Positions 32,401 to 40,000 of a stretch of DNA of 40,000 bases are shown here, piece by piece; within the stretch, counting starts at the first letter, position 1, and every line of letters begins with the position of its first letter. The notes under the pieces were generated by a model. That model made no database searches. It was not told the DNA's origin and worked only from the letters and a program-made list of their open reading frames with translations. The DNA comes from Candidatus Altimarinota bacterium. Its GTDB lineage: Bacteria; Patescibacteriota; Gracilibacteria; BD1-5; UBA6164. A program made the translations under genes and the position numbers. The stretch lies in the NCBI GenBank assembly GCA_025210615.1, contig JAOARJ010000013.1:1-40000 (forward strand). Direction: 5' to 3'.

Positions 32401-35400
32401 AGATTGCATTGAAAAGTCAGATGAAATTTATATAGCTTGAGATGAAACTGGATTATATAACTCAGTTATTGAATATAAAGTTGCTAATAAATTTAAATGA
32501 GTTAGTAATGTAAATGATAACAAGACAAGTATTTCTCTTGAAATTCAAAAAATAGAAGTATCGAAAGATGAAACAAAACCATTGTCAGATACAAATAAAA
32601 AACTTGTTTATAAAAAATGAGATGATGAGAAAATTATTTCTACTTATGTGACTTTACCAAAGCCTTTAGTTGTAAAAGATTGAAGAACTAAAATAAATCT
32701 TATTACTCAAAATAGTGAAGCTTATGTTTATTTAAAAGCAAAAGCTACTTTATACGCGGATGCTTGAAAAGCTGATGTAATAAATTATTCAGATGAAAAG
32801 AGATTAGCTATTTCTTGAACAAAATTAAGATTATATTCTCAAAAAATATCTAGTATAGAATGATTAGTTTTATCGAGTACTTCTGATAAAGCTTTAGTTT
32901 CTGATAAGAAAAATTTATTCTTATATGATAAAAATGAATACAGAGTTAATGATAATAGAGATGCTATAAATGCTTTTTCATTAGCTGAGGATAAATTATT
33001 AATTTGAATTTCAAATATAAAAGACACTTGAGGAGAAATAAGTGTAAATTATCCAATTAAATTAAATATTTTAGATAAAAATGATGAAAAAGTAAACGAA
33101 AGAGATATTATAATTAAAGATGGACAAATTGATACTCCTGTGTCATTAGGTTCTATTTCTAAGGCTGGAAATTATAAAATTCAAATAGAAGATAATAGAT
33201 GATTTACTGAAGTTAAAGATATAACTTTTGCTCCTGATAAAGTGGACCATATTACGACAGTTTCAGCGACAAGTGTTATAGAAGCTGGTTGAGTAGAGAT
33301 TTCGGATATTGTAGAACTTCGTGATAAATATAATAATATAGCGGCGGGGACATTATATGATTTAGAGCTTGAAATTGTTTGAGATTCTATAACTTTTGGT
33401 GATAATACAAAAACTAAAAAAATTAGTCTTATAGAATGACTAAAAGCGTTAGATATAAAATCTACTAATATTTCATGAACTTCAAAAATTATTTATAAAA
33501 TAAAATGAACAGAGGAAAATTGATTTGATATAACTGAATCTTGAAAAGATATTAGAGTTGAAAAAGAAATAAAAGTTGTAGAGCATATTGATTATGAAAT
33601 AGAATTTCCTGATGATATGGAAGTATGAAACAATACTTATAGTTATAAAGTGAAGATAAATACGGCTGATGATTTTAATAGTGTTTGATTTACTTATTTA
33701 GATAAGATTTATTGAACAGCGCCTGAAGCATTTAGAATAGAAAATTCTGTTTGAGAAGGAACTTTTACGACTACAAATATAGCGAAAGAAGATGTTGTTA
33801 TTCAATTTAAGGTTGCTTGAATTAAAAAAATTATAGAAAAAAGAATAACAATAAAACCTCTTAAGCCTTTGAAACTAGATTTTGTTTTAGAAAAATCTAG
33901 ATTAAGTGCTGATTTAGAAGATAAAACTAAAGTTTATGTAACGCTTAGAGATGTATTTTGAAATGCAGTATTTACAGATAATAGAACACAAGTAGTTTTA
34001 TCTATTTATCCTGATTATCAAAGTATTTTAAAGACAGATGTAGAAAGAAAAGTTGTTACTAATTGAAAAGCTCAATTTGAATTAAAATCTACAAATATTC
34101 CGTGACTAGCTTTCTTTAGATTATCAACTTCATCTAATAATCTTTCTTTTAATTCTTATGAATATAAATGAAAAGATTGAGAAACTAAGACGATTTTATG
34201 AGTTTGAGAAAATGCTTGACATATAAAGAGTGGGTATTTTTGGACTGCTGACAAAATAATGGCAGGGAATTATAATTCTTTATATTCAACCCTTATTTGA
34301 GCGAATTATTGAGATATAAGTCAACAAGATTATTTAGCGTCTTGAATAATTTTTGATAAGGATAATAAATGACTTGCTGTTACGACTCTTTTAAATAATC
34401 CAAGAGATTATCCAGAAGTATTTTCTGTTTCTCCTTATTGAAATTTAGAAGTGTCTGACACTCCTGATTTAACTCAAAACATTGAGAAAGATTTATATTA
34501 TGGAGAAGGGCAAATAACAAAGATAAATTTATTTAATTCTGGATTAAATAAATATGTTTGAGAAGTTGTTTATAATTTTGATCATGCGACTTTAAAAGAA
34601 TGTAATATATTAGACGAAGAGAATTGTTATAATTTAACAGACAAAGACAAAAAAGATTATATTTATTATAAATGATTTAATAATCATAAGTTTGTTCGTG
34701 ATGGAGATAAAATAGTGCTTAGAAATTTTGTTGATGCTGATATTGTTTCTATAAATTGAAATTGACAAATTTTTGATGTAGCGAAATATTATACTATAGC
34801 GATTTCAGGAGAAAATGATAGCGAAAATTTAATGCTAGATGTTTTAGATAAATCTTGAACTGTTCTTTGAAAAATAGTTTTTTCTAATTACTGAAGCATA
34901 AAATTATCAAGACAAAAAGAATATATTAGAACGAAATGAGAAGTTATAATTTATCTTGATTCTACTGATTATGGAGCTATCAAAAAATATTATTGAGTTG
35001 ATAACGAAGATAAAACTTGATTAGCTGTTCGGTATAATGATGCATTTGGTTCTGATAATTCTACAAATAGTTTTGCAAAATTATATTTGAATTGACATGA
35101 AGATATAGAAAATGATTGAACAGGCTGGAAAGATGAAAATAAAATAATGCTAGCTTACGCAAATGGGCAATCTGTTTGAGAGGCGACAAAAAATTATGCT
35201 AGTTTTTCTATGGTGAATATTTGAGATCCTGTTGTAAGTTTATCTAGATTTAAAGCTGATTCTATAACAAGAGTTAAAGGAAAAAGTACTAGCACAAGAT
35301 CTTTTGACTCAACAATTTGAAAACTACTGGAAGATAATATAGATATTATTTCTTATGATAGTTTTGATTATAATCATGATAATTATGAGGATATTGTTAT

Positions 35401-38400
35401 ATTTTTGAATTCTTGATTTATAAAATTATTTGAAAATAATAAATGAGAATATATTGATAGATGAAATATTGCGAATTTAGAAGATGTGTCTAAAAATTCA
35501 AAATATTGAGTATGAGATTTTGCTGATGATTGATTCTGAGAAATAGTATTTTTCAATAAAAATTTTGAATTAAATATACTAAACAATGATAAAAAAGATT
35601 TTGTAAGAGTTAGTTTAAAAGATGATTTAATTTTAAATTGAAGATTGACAGATTTTAAAATCTTTGATATGGATAACGATTGAAAAGATGATATCGTTAC
35701 TCTAGACGATGCTTGAGAAATAAATATTTTTTATAGTAAAAGTACTCAAGATAAGCCGATTTTTGTGAAAAAATTTATAGTTGATTGAATGTGAGTTTCT
35801 ATAAATAGACAAGAAACAAATACTTGAATGGCTGTATATTTTGATTGATTAAAACAGTTAGAAGATGTGAAAAATATCTCAAGTGATAGTATGGATGAAG
35901 CAACAAGAGAAATAAAAGAATCTGTTTCTGGGATTGTAAACGAAGTAAATGCAGGACTTGAAAATACGACAACAGCGACAGCTCAAGTTTGAAAAACATG
36001 AGTAGATAGGTCGACTTTTGAGAAGATGATTTTCTATAAATTTAATTTTACTCCAGATAGTAAAAAACCTGAGGTAGATGAGAATTTAACTAAACATGAA
36101 CAAGAGAAACAAAATGTAGTGAAAGTTATAAGTGATATGGATTGAATTACGGAGGAAACAGCGAAAGCGTATGATAAATCTTTTGCTTTGATAGAACAGT
36201 GAGCTTGAAGCGGTTCTGTGGTTAGTTATGCTTGAGAAACAAATAATTTATCTATGACTACTTTTGTTAGATGAGAATATGTTGATTTTCAAGGGATAAA
36301 AATAACAAAATTTTCTGAGGATAATAATAAATCGCCTTTACAAACTGATGATATAGTGAAAACGACTATAAAAGTCAAAAATAATAATGCTAGAGATATA
36401 GAAGATTTTATTTTACTGGAAGATATTCCTAAATATTTAAAGAAAACTGCTGATTTCAAAGTATTAGTAAATTGACAAAATTATAAGCTAGAGAAAGCTC
36501 CAGAACCATCAAGAGGTTTTGATTTTATGATTCAGTTATGAACAGTTAAAAGATGAGAAGAAATAATTATTACATATGAAACAAAAGCTAAAATCTTTGA
36601 ATCATACCAATTAAAAGTTTGATTATTTGAAGATTGAGAAACGGGAGATGATTTATATTGAGATATTTTATGTAATAAAGTAAATAGAAGCTGTTGAGAA
36701 TCTCAAGATATGTTGAAATCAATATGAGCAAGAGCTTATGAAAGATGATATTCAGATTTATCTTGTCCAGCTCAGTCAAATATAATTTCAATGTACAAAA
36801 CAGATAAGGATTGAAATAATACTCCTGATTTTGTCGACGCACAAATAAAAGCAGCAGAAAAATTACAAGAAACAGGAAAAATGGAGGATTATGAACAAGT
36901 AAAAACTGATTACAATAAAGATAAAAATCAAAATAAAATACCAGACTTTATAGATGAAGTATTTAAATTTTGAAAGACTACTGATATTGAAGAATTTAAT
37001 GTTGACATTGATTTGAATGAAATACCTGATTTTGTAGATGAATTAATTACTGCCTGAAAAGTATCACTAAATACTTATGATAAAGATGCTAACGGTAATA
37101 ATGCTTCTGATTTTATTGACGCTTTAGTAAATAATTCTGATATAGAAAAATTACAAGAAGATAAAAATAAAAATGGAACTTCTGACTTTATAGATGCATT
37201 GATAAAAGCATGAAAAGCCAAACTTACCGAGGAGCAAGAAGCAGGTTATATAGAATCGCATTTAGAAGAATTGAAATGAGATTTAGACTGAAATTGAGAT
37301 CCGTCAGATGATTGAGATTTTTCAGTATGACAAAAAATTTCAGATTGAGATAAAACAGATATTCAATCAAATATTATCAATAATAACTTTAGATTAGAAA
37401 AAAATATTTTAAATAATAAAGATAAAATTTTATCTTATAATTCTGATAATAAATCTAATAAAAATAGTTCAAGTGATATATTTAATTTATTTAGTGTATC
37501 AAAAGTAAATGCTTTAGATTTAGATTATAATGAAGATAAAGATAATAATAATGTACCTGATTTTATTGATAATATTATAGCCTATTGAGCTAAATATAAG
37601 AGAATAAAAGAATTTAATACTGATGCTAATAATAATGAAATTCCTGATTTCATTGATGATTTAATTAATGCTGGAGAATTATTAATTGAAGATTATAAAA
37701 ATGATAGTGATAATAATTGAGTATCTGATTTCTTAGATAAGTTAACAAAACTAACTTCTGATGTCATTACAGATTTCTGAAAAGATGAAAATAATAATAA
37801 CATTTCTGATTTTACTGATTGATTAATATCTGTTTGACAAGCATATTTTACTGAGGATCAAGTTCTTGATTTTTTAGAAACAAATATTTGAGACGCAGCG
37901 CAAGACATAAAGGATAACTGATCTGATTGAAAAAAAGATCAAAAATATGATAATGTGGTAGAAGAAATTTGAGACAAGGCTAAAGATGAGGCAGAAAAAC
38001 TACAAGAAGATAGTGATGATATAAGAGATGACCTACAAGACTCGGTTGATGAAGCTGAGAATGTTCGTTTTGAAGCAGACTGAATGACGTGAACTATTGA
38101 ATTTGGTTTATCAGAGATAACAGATGAAGTTTCTGACGCGATAGATAGTTTGATAGATTGATTTGGTTGTTGATTTGGTTGAGAATGCTTTTCCCCTCCT
38201 ATAAATCGGGCTCCTCTGGCTCCTTGAAATGATATATCATTTTTATGAAAGCCTATTATTGATGGTCTTCATCCTTTTGAGTGACTTCCTATCTTTGCTT
38301 GGCCCACTATGCGTAAACCTTATGTTTGGCCACCTAGTTCTTTGTGAGCAGGTTGACGGTTTCCTCCAAATGGGATATGAAGTTCTATATTTAGATTGTT

Positions 38401-40000
38401 TGTTACTCCTACTTTAACTTGAACATTCTGAATAGCTGTTTGTGGTTGATTTAACTTTATAAATGGTCGGATACCACCTCCATGAGTATCTCCGATTGTT
38501 CCATGATGAAACTGTATTGTTATTGCAGGTCTTTGAAATATGTGTTCAGATGATGAAGAGGACAATAATGAATGAGTAGATGAAACAATTTGATCTCCCG
38601 ATTCAAGTTGTAGTTCTTATTCTATATTTAATTCATGAAGTTGTTCACCTAGTATAGATCCATCTAAAATGGTTTTACCACATGATTTAGTGAAAAATAT
38701 TTTTGATACAGATGCGAGTGATAAAGGCAATGTGGATTATGATTTTTATGAAGATTTTGCAAAAAATATTTGAACAGATGGATATTTTACTTGAGAAGAT
38801 TTATTCAGTTGATTAACAACTGGATGATGAGAATGAATGGATGTTTGAATTTGATTTAATAGTGAAGAATGATGATTTAGTATAACTATTCCTGATGAAA
38901 TAAAAAATTTGAGAATAGGTTCTTTCCCAGCGTTTTTTATGATGCGGTTTGAAAAACAAATGGAAGAAATAATTAATAAGGTTATGGATTTTCCAAAACT
39001 TATAATTATTTTACCTGATACAGAGTGAGTTTGGGATACTATAAAAGATGCTTATAATTGGGAAAATTTTAAAAATAGAGTATGAGAAAAAGAGAAAAAA
39101 TGAAATGCACAAATTAAAGATTTAAAGAAAAAATTAGCAGAAATAGATTGAAAAATATCTAAATTAGAAGCGAAATTATGAAAGAAAAAATCTAGTTCAA
39201 ATTCTTCAAATAAAAAAGTAAATAATAAAAAAACAGGTGAAAATTGAGAAGAATGATTTGAATTACCATACGAAGATTCAAGAGAAAATTTATCTGAATC
39301 AACTTCAGGTTTATTTGAAGATATATGAAATTTCTTTGATGGAAATGATGACGCTAGAAAAATGGATGCTGATAAAAATTATGATCCAGATGCTGAAGCA
39401 GCTACTAGAGAATTAATAGTAAAATTAAGACAAGAAAGAGATAAAATAGAAACAGAAATTTTCATGAGAGAAGCGGAGTTTGAATGAGTTAAAGTTGGTA
39501 CAATAAAAGCTGCTTATGAAGTTTTAACAAAATTACCTCTTTTGAATATAGAAGATGAAACGATTGATGTAATTTTACCTTGGATTTCTCCAGCTATGTT
39601 AGAAGAGATGATTATTAGATGGAAATTAACAATTTGACAACGGAAAAATGAAATAGAAGATAAAAAGAGAAAATATACTCTTTGAGCTTATTGATGTGAT
39701 GGATTAAAGAAAAAAAGCGAAATAGAAGCTTGTTCTTGAAAAATAAATGTATGAATAGACTTAATCACAAATGTAGAAGATTTAATAGAATCAGTAGATA
39801 AAAATATTGAAATTTTAGAATCATATACTGAAATTCCGGAGAAAATATATGATTATATGAAGAAAAAAGAAGTTCGGTTAGAGCAAATTTTGTGTAATGT
39901 GAAGACTATTTCTGAAATGCTTTGAGGTTTTATTAAGAGAAACTGAAAGATATTTAAAAAATGGGTAGAGTTGTATATTTTAATAAAATGAATTTTAAAA
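29438..40000 (+). CDS. Giant membrane-anchored surface protein, 5' partial at the window end (at least 3521 codons, no stop reached)
   Basis: I parsed the frame-2 triplets continuously from ATG 29438 to 40000 and found no TAA or TAG. I re-verified the frame at 32096, 38228 and 39998. N-terminal anchor 'IISFAVISAMLFMMSV'. TGA occurs on average every 20-30 codons, with no standard-code ORF of 60 aa or more in this frame beyond the first segment (29438-29782). Confidence 0.85.
36800..37830 (+). repeat. Array of about 9 degenerate in-frame Asp/Asn-rich repeats (thrombospondin type 3-like, putative Ca-binding) inside the giant ORF
   Basis: 'DKDGNNTPDFVDAQI', 'DKNQNKIPDFIDEVF', 'DLNEIPDFVDELI', 'DANGNNASDFIDALV', 'DKNKNGTSDFIDALI', 'DKDNNNVPDFIDNII', 'DANNNEIPDFIDDLI', 'DSDNNGVSDFLDKL' and 'DENNNNISDFTDGLI'. 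Confidence 0.75.

Noticed and set aside
32101-32409. Minus-strand ORFs of 102 aa (32101-32409) and 81 aa (38320-38565), plus 38229-38417 (+, other frame)
   Set aside because: They lie within the two GC-elevated islands of the giant plus-strand ORF. Locally higher GC removes stop codons in all frames. They have no start context or motif support.
36800-37830. Regularly spaced short repeats that superficially resemble a CRISPR or other intergenic repeat array
   Set aside because: The repeats are degenerate at DNA level, variable in spacing, and lie in frame within an uninterrupted ORF, where they encode a conserved peptide motif. This is a coding repeat, not a CRISPR array.
1-40000. Fragmented ORFs in the standard-code track could mean massive pseudogenisation or a poor assembly
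   Set aside because: The fragments of each gene share one frame and are separated only by TGA, never by TAA or TAG. TGA falls on conserved glycines of GlyA, FusA, DnaE and a P-loop. This is recoding, not decay.
1-40000. TGA = Trp (table 4, Mollicutes-like), given the low GC
   Set aside because: Reading TGA as Trp would destroy invariant Gly motifs (GYPGKRYY, GPGRGSAAG, GKSGGGKS, FPGVQGGP). TGG is also still used at plausible Trp positions.

Overview
This is a strongly AT-rich bacterial window that only makes sense under translation table 25 (TGA = Gly). The supplied standard-code ORF track is fragmented. When TGA is read through, the fragments fuse into long ORFs, and TGA falls on invariant glycines: SHMT 'EGYPGKRYY' and 'FPGVQGGPHEH', DnaE 'GPGRGSAAG', and a P-loop 'GKSGGGKS'. 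This points to a code-25 CPR lineage (Absconditabacteria/SR1 or Gracilibacteria/BD1-5). I cannot tell which of the two. Under code 25 the window is almost fully coding, with 23 CDS. (1) 156-15378 (+) carries a possible small ORF followed by a housekeeping block: glyA, a membrane protein, a WecA-like GT4 transferase, fmt, an ABC-2-like permease, prmC, a HIT protein, a hypothetical, fusA, an M15/VanX-like peptidase, rny, efp, lgt and a short comEC. (2) 15390-25132 (-) is an accessory block. It encodes a FtsK/HerA-superfamily T4SS ATPase (VirD4/TraG-like) followed by three genes with seven TrbC/VirB2-like pilin hairpin modules and a coiled-coil protein. Upstream lie a secreted Kazal-domain protein and an 812-aa helical protein with an 89-aa tandem repeat. 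(3) dnaE (+) has low-complexity insertions. (4) One giant ORF (+) starts at 29438 and is still open at 40000, at least 3521 codons. It has an N-terminal membrane anchor, Ig-like, FG-GAP-like and DUF11-like modules, a thrombospondin-type-3-like repeat array, and two GC-elevated Cys/Gly/Pro-rich islands. My best candidate for an undescribed system is the minimal T4SS-like pilin/ATPase locus together with the Kazal protein, the giant surface protein and comEC, as a host-attachment and DNA-acquisition apparatus. I found no rRNA, tRNA, CRISPR array, transposase or integrase. All domain calls come from motif recognition by eye and need HMM or structure confirmation.
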